Shown here: positions 16,991 to 25,893 of the stretch, piece after piece
Layout of the letters: every line of letters starts with the position of its first letter
Position numbering within the stretch: position 1 is the first letter of the stretch
Notes under the pieces: model-generated
The model's database searches: none
The model's input: only the letters and a program-made list of their open reading frames with translations
What the model was told of the DNA's origin: nothing
Made by a program: the position numbers and the translations under genes
Assembly (NCBI GenBank): GCA_018304465.1
Contig: JAGVWC010000012.1
Location: 999 to 64,998 of the forward strand
Reading direction: 5' to 3'
DNA length: 64,000 nt
Source: Candidatus Iainarchaeum sp.
GTDB taxonomy: Archaea > Iainarchaeota > Iainarchaeia > Iainarchaeales > JAGVWC01

Positions 16991-19344
16991 ACGGATTAAA
17001 AACCTTGATCGGATTGCTGATCCTTTTGATTCTGATGGGTTGTTGTTCGGAATTACAGTCCACGGGGCTTTGGGGAAAAACCGGAACCGGAGTCAACGGA
17101 CGCGTATATTATTCGAATTGTTACGATTCAACCAACGCAGAAATGCAGCAAGCGTTCATTGACCAGGGAAAAATGCCGCCGACGAACTCGGGTGCGATCA
17201 ATGTCGCGTGTACTCCCGTGCTTTTTCCGGAAGTATTCAAAGGCGTTTTGATGTGGGGGCATATTGACGACGCGTCCGCGGAATGCGTTTCGGGCCAGGT
17301 ATGCGCGTATACTGACGCGTCTCCGGGAGGGGTTTTTGACATGGCGACCGGAAGCACCCAGTTCGCGTACTGCCAAACATTGCTTCCGCCCGCGTGTTCG
17401 TTTTCGTGCACGGAACAATTCACGCATGCCTGCGGAACCGCGTACAATGAAATGGTGTGCCCGCCGGAGTGCGGCACGTGCACGTGTACCGGACTTCAAT
17501 GCCTTGGGCCGGGAGAAATCTGCATGGGGGCTGCTGTTTGTACGGACGGTTCCACGGTGATTCCGCAAGTGCGAAAGTATACTTTTGCGACCGGAACCGA
17601 CGCTTCGACGATTCTTGCGTCGACCGGACAAGGACCCGATTTTTTCGTTTCGAATCCGTCCGCAAAACCGGTTTCGAGTGGTTTTTTGGAGTTGCCGCTG
17701 GGAGCGCTGGATTTTGTGCGTGTCAGTAGATCGTCCGTGCAAATGGACGGCGCGGCAATTCGCTGGGTATTGAAACCGGATGGTTCCTTTCAAGTGCTTG
17801 CACCCGCGGTTTTCACCACGGAGCAAGTGCCAGTCGGCGACGGAAATTATTATTCAAAGATCCGCATGGATGTTTCCGGCGGATCCGCACAGGATTTTTT
17901 GATGCGTTTTTCCAACGGGGAGGATAATTTCTGCACGAGTCCTTCGGGTTTGCCCGGTGTCACGGGACCCGCCGCGTTTCCGCGCGTGAAATTCGATTGG
18001 AGTTGGACAACGATTAACGAATCAACGTGTCTTGCAAACCAGCCGGATGGCATTTACTGCGATTCGACGCAGTTTTCGATTTCGCTTTTGCGCAGGCTCG
18101 AAAAAATCGACGCGGCGATCCGCGGCAATCAACCCTACGCGGATTTGCTTTCGTTTGACGCGCAACTGATGAAAGACGGGATTTCGCAGGATTTCCGAAA
18201 GGATTTCGATTTTTACATGAAAAACGTGGGGACATTCAAACTATCGGTTCCAACGGATTACGCCCAAAAGTTTTCGCTGCTCGTGGATTCGACCCGGTTG
18301 TCGTTTTCTTTTTCTTCGGTTCCGAAGGATCCATTGCTGTTCGACAAGCCCGGCGTGTATCGGATCGTTATCGGTTTGTCGGGTGATCCATCCAACCCCC
18401 ATCCGCCGCTGGATCCGACGATTTCGGGCAATGCGGTGCGAGTAAACGTGGAGCCTGCAAGCGATCCCTTGGAACCCAACGCGTTTTATTATTTGCCGCT
18501 GGACGCGGATCTTGGAATGCAGAAGCGGCCCGATGAAGCCGCTTCGAGCCGCGACGGATACGGAACGGTTTTTTCCGGCGAGTCGCTTTTGATTCTGCCC
18601 GAAATCCTCATCAATCCGCTTTCGTCGGTTTCGGAAGCGGTCGTGGTTTCGACAACGACGGATTTTTCCAAGACTCAGGTGCTTGAACGCGGAAAATTGT
18701 TTTCGTTTAATCGTTCGGCCAAAACGCTTTCGTGGTCGAAAGTGGACGCGACGCCTGTGCTTGCCGAGCTTGCGGGAAACGCGCAGTCCATGGCGGAGTT
18801 TTTTTATTCGATTCGGGAAAACAACGAGCCGTTGAACCGGTCGGGCTTGCAATCCAGCTGGAAAATCGCGGCGGATTCACGGCTTCCACCAGATCATTGC
18901 GCGGGAAGCGTGTTCGCGGACCGGCCGCCGTTACGCCCGTCGTGCGCCGTGCGTACACCCGAAGCCATGGGCGTGCTGCAATCGCTTTCGGCGAACAATC
19001 AGATGTTACTTGAAACGGTTTTTTTCACTCCGAGTGGAAAAAAGTATCTGATCAGTTCCGTGTGCGGACGGTTTTTGTCTCCCGACGAACTAGCCAACGG
19101 AGGAGAATCGCTTTCGTTGGCGTTTTCAGCCAACCACAACTGGTCGGCGGGATCGTTGTCGGATCTGGTGAATCAGGTCAAGGAACGACGCGTGTGCGTG
19201 GTAAGTCCCGGAGCGGATCAGATCGAATTGTTTTGGAACGAAAAAACCTTGCTTAAGACCCTTTCAGACAAGTCGATCGCGAATACGGTGCGGGATTATC
19301 GTTCCATTGTCACGGATCCGGATTGGTGGTGCCCGGAAGACTAG
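16987..19344 (+). CDS. Envelope protein, module B (unit 1). Has a signal anchor, a Cys-rich stalk and the conserved B core.
   Basis: 785 aa. N-terminal 'LIGLLILLILMGCC', with 10 Cys in 52 aa at about 17395-17549. B-core motifs are 'TGPAAFPRVKFDWSW', 'IYCDSTQFSI', 'DGISQDFRKDF' and 'FYYLPLD'. The ATGA start overlaps the module A stop. Confidence 0.85.
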   Translation: MNGLKTLIGLLILLILMGCCSELQSTGLWGKTGTGVNGRVYYSNCYDSTNAEMQQAFIDQGKMPPTNSGAINVACTPVLFPEVFKGVLMWGHIDDASAECVSGQVCAYTDASPGGVFDMATGSTQFAYCQTLLPPACSFSCTEQFTHACGTAYNEMVCPPECGTCTCTGLQCLGPGEICMGAAVCTDGSTVIPQVRKYTFATGTDASTILASTGQGPDFFVSNPSAKPVSSGFLELPLGALDFVRVSRSSVQMDGAAIRWVLKPDGSFQVLAPAVFTTEQVPVGDGNYYSKIRMDVSGGSAQDFLMRFSNGEDNFCTSPSGLPGVTGPAAFPRVKFDWSWTTINESTCLANQPDGIYCDSTQFSISLLRRLEKIDAAIRGNQPYADLLSFDAQLMKDGISQDFRKDFDFYMKNVGTFKLSVPTDYAQKFSLLVDSTRLSFSFSSVPKDPLLFDKPGVYRIVIGLSGDPSNPHPPLDPTISGNAVRVNVEPASDPLEPNAFYYLPLDADLGMQKRPDEAASSRDGYGTVFSGESLLILPEILINPLSSVSEAVVVSTTTDFSKTQVLERGKLFSFNRSAKTLSWSKVDATPVLAELAGNAQSMAEFFYSIRENNEPLNRSGLQSSWKIAADSRLPPDHCAGSVFADRPPLRPSCAVRTPEAMGVLQSLSANNQMLLETVFFTPSGKKYLISSVCGRFLSPDELANGGESLSLAFSANHNWSAGSLSDLVNQVKERRVCVVSPGADQIELFWNEKTLLKTLSDKSIANTVRDYRSIVTDPDWWCPED

Positions 19345-19411
19345 GGTTTTTCGGCCATAAAGCAATCTTTAAATACGGGGTCGGGGCTATTCTTGGTGGC
19401 CACGGTTCGGT

Positions 19412-22400
19412 ATGATTCTGACGGATCTATACTATAAAATAGAAGACAAATATTACGCCTTTTTGGACATGCTAAACCAGTATGTTCCCGTATACAAGGT
19501 CATCGACCCGATTGACAAGGTTTTTCCATCCTTGATTCTTTTTTCGGGTTTGTTCGTGATCGGAATCGCGGTCATTGTCGCATGGGTGTTGTCTTCTTCG
19601 TCCGCCTTGCCGGCGTACATTTCGGTGGTAAACGAAGACGGATCCGCGTTGACGAATGTTTCTTTTTCATTGTTGCTTGACGGCAATTCCGTGGAATTGT
19701 CCACGGGAGAAAGCGGCACCGCGGTGGTTTTGTTGAAAACCGCGCGTTCGGACGCGTCGATTTCGGCCAGTATTGAAAATTACGAACCCGTCGACGCGAA
19801 AAACATCACGTTGGTGGCCGGCGAGTATTACAAACTGCAATTGGCGCTTTCGGGTCCGCGAAACGATTTTCCGATCGTAATTCAGTTCATTGACGAATCC
19901 AGCGGCAACTTGATTTCGGGAAAATCCGTGACGATTTCGTTTTCATGCCAGATCGGAGACGCGCCGTCGTCGAAATCCACGCGAAACGGCGAAGTGACCG
20001 TTGAACCGCCCGCGGCGTGCGGGACGCTTACCGCCAAAGACGTGACGGTGACGGGTTTTGAATCCGTGCATGATTTTGAGATTTCTCCGGGAACCAACCG
20101 CAAGGTTCAGATTTCATTAAAGCCCACGGCGCTTCCGCCGGCCAAAAAAGGCGCGTTGTCGGTGCTTGTGGTTGACGACGCAGGGCGGCCCGTAAAAGAC
20201 GCGGAAGTCGTGGTCATGGATGGCTTTGGAGTAACGCAGGCCACGCAGCTTTCAAGCGGGCTGGGAATGGCGTCGTTTTCGCTTAACGAAGGATCGTATC
20301 AAGTCCAGTCGAAAGTGACGCGCGAAGGAAGGTTTTCGGACAAGAACACCGTGGTCATTCGCCAAGACGAAACCACGTCGCTTACGCAAAACATCGGAGC
20401 GATTCCAAACGACAAGAAAGTATTGTACAAATTCCTGGATTCGAATTCTTCGGATCCCGTCGAAGGCGCGTCCGTTTGGCTTAGTCAGGGAACCAGCGTG
20501 CTTGTTTCCGACGGAAAAACCGATTCCGCGGGTTTGTTCGAGCAACCGGTGCAAGACCTGAATGGTTCGTATCATTTGGTGGCGGATCACCCCAATTACG
20601 TGCTGGGGATTTTTCCGAATGTGGTGCTTGTTAAAAAGTTCGATTCGAACGCGCAAGTCGCGCGATTGACGCGGCTAAAAGACGACGCGGCGGGAAATCC
20701 GCAAAATTACGGAAAAGTGTTGGTGACGGTGTTTGACGAGGATCGAAAATTGATCGACAACGCGACGATCCAGTTGTTGCGGTCCGGCGTGGATGCTCCG
20801 ATCGCCGAAAAGAAAACAGGCAAAGACGGAAACGTTTTGTTTTCGCGTTTGCCCGCGGGAACGTATCTGGCGCGGGCCATTAAAGAGGATTCGAACAAAA
20901 CCAGCGAATCGTTTTCTTTGGCCGTGGGGCAAATCCAGGAAATCGAAGTCGCGTTGGCGTTGGCCAAACGCGTGTTCCGTATTACCGCGCTGGGCGGTTC
21001 CAACCACGTGGTCAAAATCAATAACGCGGATGTGGAAGTGAAGATTTTTGATCCCGTCGCCCAGAAGTTTGTCAAAAAACAAGACGGAAAAACGGGTTCG
21101 ACGGGCGATTTTAAAACCGGCGGCTTGCCGGTGGGTTCCACGGTGGCTTTTTTGGTGAGCCGAAGCGATTATTTGTCGTTTCATTCCGGTCCTTATGTGG
21201 TGCCGCCGGGAAAACTTTCGGATGAAATCAAACTTGATTTTTGGATGTATAAAAAAGAGGATCTGGCCGCGGACCAACACATCAAGATCGAGTTTGCGGA
21301 TTTGATGGATGCGTCGGGAACCGTTCGACCCAACGTGCTTGACGCGGGAAAAGAATACTGGGGTGTTTTCAACATCACGTTGCGGGACGGCAACTTTGAC
21401 GATCCCAAAATCAGCGTGCGCGCCGGCCCCAATGCCTTGCCCTTGGCCACTCAAAACAATATTTTTATCGAGAACGCGGAAGCCGGAGCGGTTCTAGGCG
21501 AAGTCTCGTTTTCTTCTTCCTTAAATCCGTCCGATGTTTTCGCGACGCCGGAAGGAGTTTCTTCGAATAATCACGCCAAATTGACCGTGGTCACATGGGA
21601 TCGGTTGTCGCAGGGAACCTTTCAGGCCAAAGTCAAGTTTTCGGTAAAAGAAAGCCTTCCAAAAGGAAGCACGGTGGAATTGCATTACCAATTGGCGGCA
21701 ACGTCTGCCACAGGAACCAAAACCACGCCTGATTCGACGCAGTCGTTTACGGTTGGAAGCGGCGTGTGCAAGCAGAATTGTCCGACCTTGTTTTGGGCGT
21801 TTTATTATTCCGCGTCCGCGGACGAACCGTGGGTTCCGCTGGACATCACAGCGCCGCCGATGTTGCTTTCGAATCAGCCGTACCGGATCGGATACGTGAT
21901 TTACAATTTGTCGCAGACCGATTACACGGCAAGCGTTTCGTTTGAAAACAAGGATACTTTGTTGGGCCTCGGAAGATCATCTGGACGCACGCAAACCAGC
22001 GGGTTTTCCAACCAGTTGATTGCGGCCCAAGGATCCGTTGAAACCGGGTTAAGCCAGCCGCTTTCGATCCTGCCGGGAGTCGGAACCGGCGGATTGCTGG
22101 AAGCCCGCGTTGCCACCACCCCGGATTTGACGGAATTGTCCGCGACGCGAAAACAAATTTTGTTTTCGATTCAAGGCGCGCGAAACCTCTTGATGGATTC
22201 GATGTATGACGGCGCCCGTCTCACTGTGATTGTGCGTGACCAGTTAACGAACGAACTCGTCAAAGACGCGTTGATCGAAGTGGGGGAAATCAATGACGGA
22301 AGCGTCGCGACGGGGTTTTCGAAACCCGTGCAATTTTCTACGCTTTCGGCGGAAAACGGAGTCGCGTCTTTTTCGCTTGAACTGGGCGAAAACGAATCCG

Positions 22401-22882
22401 TAATCGTGCAAGGGCGAAAAGCGGGGTTTGCGACAAAACGGATGGAAGTCGGAAACGAACAGTCTGGATCGTTGGATCCGGGTGCCGCGTGCATTTCTTT
22501 GGATATGGTATCGGCAACCGATTATCCGAATATTGAAACCGAAGCCGATGTCACTCGACCGGGATCGGTCGCGATCGAAATTTCGAGTCATAATTGTGCC
22601 GAAGCTTTTTCGATTAACGTGAAGCGCCCGTCGTTTTTGCGTTCGTCCGTCATTTCCATGGACGAGGATTCGTTTGATCTTGGAACCAACGATTCCAAAA
22701 CCGTTAATATTTCGGTTTCCGCGGACGCGCCCGCCGGAATCATTCCGATCTGGATCGAAGGAAAAAAGAAATCCCAAAACCAACCCAAACAAGTGATCGG
22801 AATCGGAGAGCTTTGGATCACCGCAAACGACGATATTGGAAAAGGAAACGCGTGCTTTGGAATTGTGGAGAAAACCGGGTGA
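19412..22882 (+). CDS. Giant envelope protein, module A (unit 2).
   Basis: 1156 aa. Contains 'YYKIEDKYYAFLDMLNQYVPVYKVIDPIDKVFPS' plus a TM helix. Domain order is the same as in 13583-16990. Confidence 0.85.
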   Translation: MILTDLYYKIEDKYYAFLDMLNQYVPVYKVIDPIDKVFPSLILFSGLFVIGIAVIVAWVLSSSSALPAYISVVNEDGSALTNVSFSLLLDGNSVELSTGESGTAVVLLKTARSDASISASIENYEPVDAKNITLVAGEYYKLQLALSGPRNDFPIVIQFIDESSGNLISGKSVTISFSCQIGDAPSSKSTRNGEVTVEPPAACGTLTAKDVTVTGFESVHDFEISPGTNRKVQISLKPTALPPAKKGALSVLVVDDAGRPVKDAEVVVMDGFGVTQATQLSSGLGMASFSLNEGSYQVQSKVTREGRFSDKNTVVIRQDETTSLTQNIGAIPNDKKVLYKFLDSNSSDPVEGASVWLSQGTSVLVSDGKTDSAGLFEQPVQDLNGSYHLVADHPNYVLGIFPNVVLVKKFDSNAQVARLTRLKDDAAGNPQNYGKVLVTVFDEDRKLIDNATIQLLRSGVDAPIAEKKTGKDGNVLFSRLPAGTYLARAIKEDSNKTSESFSLAVGQIQEIEVALALAKRVFRITALGGSNHVVKINNADVEVKIFDPVAQKFVKKQDGKTGSTGDFKTGGLPVGSTVAFLVSRSDYLSFHSGPYVVPPGKLSDEIKLDFWMYKKEDLAADQHIKIEFADLMDASGTVRPNVLDAGKEYWGVFNITLRDGNFDDPKISVRAGPNALPLATQNNIFIENAEAGAVLGEVSFSSSLNPSDVFATPEGVSSNNHAKLTVVTWDRLSQGTFQAKVKFSVKESLPKGSTVELHYQLAATSATGTKTTPDSTQSFTVGSGVCKQNCPTLFWAFYYSASADEPWVPLDITAPPMLLSNQPYRIGYVIYNLSQTDYTASVSFENKDTLLGLGRSSGRTQTSGFSNQLIAAQGSVETGLSQPLSILPGVGTGGLLEARVATTPDLTELSATRKQILFSIQGARNLLMDSMYDGARLTVIVRDQLTNELVKDALIEVGEINDGSVATGFSKPVQFSTLSAENGVASFSLELGENESVIVQGRKAGFATKRMEVGNEQSGSLDPGAACISLDMVSATDYPNIETEADVTRPGSVAIEISSHNCAEAFSINVKRPSFLRSSVISMDEDSFDLGTNDSKTVNISVSADAPAGIIPIWIEGKKKSQNQPKQVIGIGELWITANDDIGKGNACFGIVEKTG

Positions 22883-22887
22883 AAAAG

Positions 22888-25821
22888 ATGGATCAGAAAG
22901 GAATTTTGCCGTTGTTGATCGCGGGCGCGATCATGTTGATTCTGGGATTGCTCATGACTTTTCTGATGGCAATCATCGGCGTGTCGAGTGCCCAAGACGC
23001 GATTTGGTGCAAGATCATGAAAGACCAGTACAACGCGGAAGACATGCAGGTCTGCAGCGATACGATTATCGAAGCGTTGCAATCCACGGGACAGATTCCA
23101 CAGGATCAGATCAAACTGACGGCCAATCAGGCGTTAAGCGTTCATTGTACTTTTGACGTTTTGGGCGGAGCCTACGGAAGATTCGATCCCTGGCCGCCCA
23201 TTACCGACGACTGCGGATTACGAGGCGCGGTGTGCAAAGACCGCGACGCGGCGGGAGAATTGATTCCCGCGGTATGCGAAGTCGCGAATCCACCGGCCGG
23301 CGTGACCCGGATCGGCGTTGTTTTGGGGGATCAATCGTGTCCGGAAAGCTTTGTGGCCATCGGACCCGCGGCATTCAAGTCTCCGGACGGACAGAATTAT
23401 TGGATTTGCAAGCAAATGGGCGAAGCGACCGTTGCCGCGATTGAAGCGCCGGTTTCACCCAACGGTTCCGCGGATTCCGCATGCAGTGGCGCAGGGTTTG
23501 TTCCGCTTTCAACCAATCCCCCGGCCGCCACGTTGTTTACGGGAAGTGACGGCGCGTCGTACCAATTGTGCCAAAAAACCGGCACCGGACAGATTTTGGA
23601 TATTGTTTCCGTTGAAAAAACCGCCGCGGACACCTCATGCGGCGACTTGTCTCTTTTAACCTCGTTGACAGGCGGAGACGACAAGGAGTATTTGGTGTGT
23701 TTTAAGCAACAAGCGCAGCAAGGGAGTTGTAACTGCGCGACGACCCCGGAACAACTCGCCGCTGTGTCGTGTAGTACGGATCAATGGGCCACGGTTTCAC
23801 CGGAATGCCAGGCGGTTTGCCCGCAGTTTGGAACCGCGTGTACGGAGGATCCCGCAAAACCCATTTGTAATGCGGGCACGCATGCGTGCGTGAGTTTAAG
23901 CGATTATCCCTGCGGACAAGAAGTCTTGGGTTCGCCCGGAGTCAAAGGCGTGGGTTGTGCCGCGGGCCAGGTCTGTAATCTCGAATCAAGCGTATGCGTG
24001 GATGTCGGAGACCAGACCACGGGCGCGTTGTCGCGTCCCAAGTACGCGTTTGATGTCGCCAACACCCAGGACACGGCCGACAGCGTGAACGCGTGTTTTG
24101 GATTCGGAACCGAAGCAGAAACCGTTTCTTCCGCCGGAAAACTCGTGTCCATCGCGCTTGGAATGCCGTCGGAAGACAATGCGAAATTCAGGCTTTCAAA
24201 CGAAAAACTGCTCAGTGGCCTCGGAAAAGGAGGCGTACTGCCGTTCTCGATATCGAACGAATCGTTGAGCGGATCGTACAATTACGCGTTGATCAACGTG
24301 TCCGACACCGTGTTAAAGTCGGACGGAACACTGGGATTGAAAACCGAAGAATTTTTAGTGAAATTACGGGCGCGCGACGCAACGGTTTGTTACAGCGAAG
24401 ACGGTTTGGAGGGCCACACGGGACCCAGTATGGCACCGCGTCTTCGGTATACGTGGTCGTTTGAGGATTCAACCGGAATCGCGATCGATTCGTGCGACCA
24501 GAAAAAAATCGATGGTTCGCCGAACACGGGTTTCATTTATTGTGACGCCACGCAGTTTTCCATTGAATTAAGCAAAAAGCTTAGCCAAATTATTTCGACC
24601 GCGGAAGAAGGACAACCCGTGGCGGCGGATTCGCTGTTGCTTGATTTTAACGCGTATTTGATGCCGGATGGTTTTTCAAGCGATTTTAGGAAAGATTTCA
24701 ATTTTGTGCAGGAAAACGTCGCGTTTTTCAGTCAAAACGACGCGTACAAAAAAATCGCGTCGTATTTTACGAACGAAAGCCGGTTGGTGTTGCCGACACG
24801 GGTTCCAAAGCTTGGAAAATACCGAGTCGTGATCACGCAGGGGTTTGCCCAGGGAAAATCAAACGTGTTTTTCGAGGACAATTTTCCGATCGCCAATCTG
24901 GTGTTGACCATGACGTTGCTTGAGGAAAATCTTTCGAAGAATCCGCTGTATTTCATGCCGGTGGATTACAAAATCGGAACCGTCAAACGACCCGGCGAAA
25001 ACGCAGCGGGCCGCAACGGATACGGAATCGGATTAAGCGCGCCGATGAACGCAAACGCAGAAGTGGGCATTGACGCGGTAACGAGTACCGGCGGATCCGG
25101 TTCGTTTGGATCCGAAAACCAGACCAATTGGCTTTCGAGTTTGGACGCGCCAAACCGCGGAATCGTGCTCGAGTTGTCTTCTCCCACTGTGGATGCGCCG
25201 GGATTGTTTTCATGGAGTATCAGCAAGGCGACGCCGGTCATGATTTCAATTCCGCTAAAAAGCGGCAAGGCCCAAGCGTTTTTTGAATTGATGCAAAACG
25301 AATCCAGCGTGAATACCGCGGGAAAACCCATCGGGCTTTGGACCGGCGCGGGTTCCACCGCGGGCGATCCATGCGCCGACTTTTCGGGTCAACCCTTGCT
25401 TTCAAACGCTTCCGAGCCTTCGCCGGTTGCGGGCACTTGCGCAGAGACTTCCGCGGATGCGCGCGGTTTTTTGCTTTCGGGTAACAAGGAAGGCAAACAA
25501 GTGTTTTACAAAACCGTGATTTATACGCCGGCGGGAAATTTTTCCTTGCGAAAAGCCGCGGGTTGTGAAACCGCGTTTGAAATTCTTTCTCCGACCGACT
25601 TGACGAATGCAAGCCAGTCCACGGTTGGTTTGGGTTACTTTGATTTGCAATTGTCTTCTTTGCAAATGTATTCGGGTACGGGGACCGCCGTGTTTTATTG
25701 GAACCGCGACGTGGTGTTGGATGCCTTAGGCCACCCGCAGAATTTCGTTCCGCGACCGTTGTTTGACCAAACCAATTTGAGCGGTTTTTCCACGGTGACC
25801 GCATGCACTCAGGCAACTTAA
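22888..25821 (+). CDS. Envelope protein, module B (unit 2).
   Basis: 977 aa counted from the ATG at 22888, which lies 5 nt after the module A stop and is preceded by GGGTGA. Has a 27-aa hydrophobic N-terminus, a Cys-rich stalk and the B-core motifs 'TGPSMAPRLRYTWSF', 'IYCDATQFSI', 'DGFSSDFRKDF' and 'LYFMPVD'. Confidence 0.85.
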   Translation: MDQKGILPLLIAGAIMLILGLLMTFLMAIIGVSSAQDAIWCKIMKDQYNAEDMQVCSDTIIEALQSTGQIPQDQIKLTANQALSVHCTFDVLGGAYGRFDPWPPITDDCGLRGAVCKDRDAAGELIPAVCEVANPPAGVTRIGVVLGDQSCPESFVAIGPAAFKSPDGQNYWICKQMGEATVAAIEAPVSPNGSADSACSGAGFVPLSTNPPAATLFTGSDGASYQLCQKTGTGQILDIVSVEKTAADTSCGDLSLLTSLTGGDDKEYLVCFKQQAQQGSCNCATTPEQLAAVSCSTDQWATVSPECQAVCPQFGTACTEDPAKPICNAGTHACVSLSDYPCGQEVLGSPGVKGVGCAAGQVCNLESSVCVDVGDQTTGALSRPKYAFDVANTQDTADSVNACFGFGTEAETVSSAGKLVSIALGMPSEDNAKFRLSNEKLLSGLGKGGVLPFSISNESLSGSYNYALINVSDTVLKSDGTLGLKTEEFLVKLRARDATVCYSEDGLEGHTGPSMAPRLRYTWSFEDSTGIAIDSCDQKKIDGSPNTGFIYCDATQFSIELSKKLSQIISTAEEGQPVAADSLLLDFNAYLMPDGFSSDFRKDFNFVQENVAFFSQNDAYKKIASYFTNESRLVLPTRVPKLGKYRVVITQGFAQGKSNVFFEDNFPIANLVLTMTLLEENLSKNPLYFMPVDYKIGTVKRPGENAAGRNGYGIGLSAPMNANAEVGIDAVTSTGGSGSFGSENQTNWLSSLDAPNRGIVLELSSPTVDAPGLFSWSISKATPVMISIPLKSGKAQAFFELMQNESSVNTAGKPIGLWTGAGSTAGDPCADFSGQPLLSNASEPSPVAGTCAETSADARGFLLSGNKEGKQVFYKTVIYTPAGNFSLRKAAGCETAFEILSPTDLTNASQSTVGLGYFDLQLSSLQMYSGTGTAVFYWNRDVVLDALGHPQNFVPRPLFDQTNLSGFSTVTACTQAT

Positions 25822-25893
25822 GGGAAAAACACGAAAAAAAGTCGGGCCAATAATTATATACGGGAAATACACTTAGATATTCAATCGAAAACA

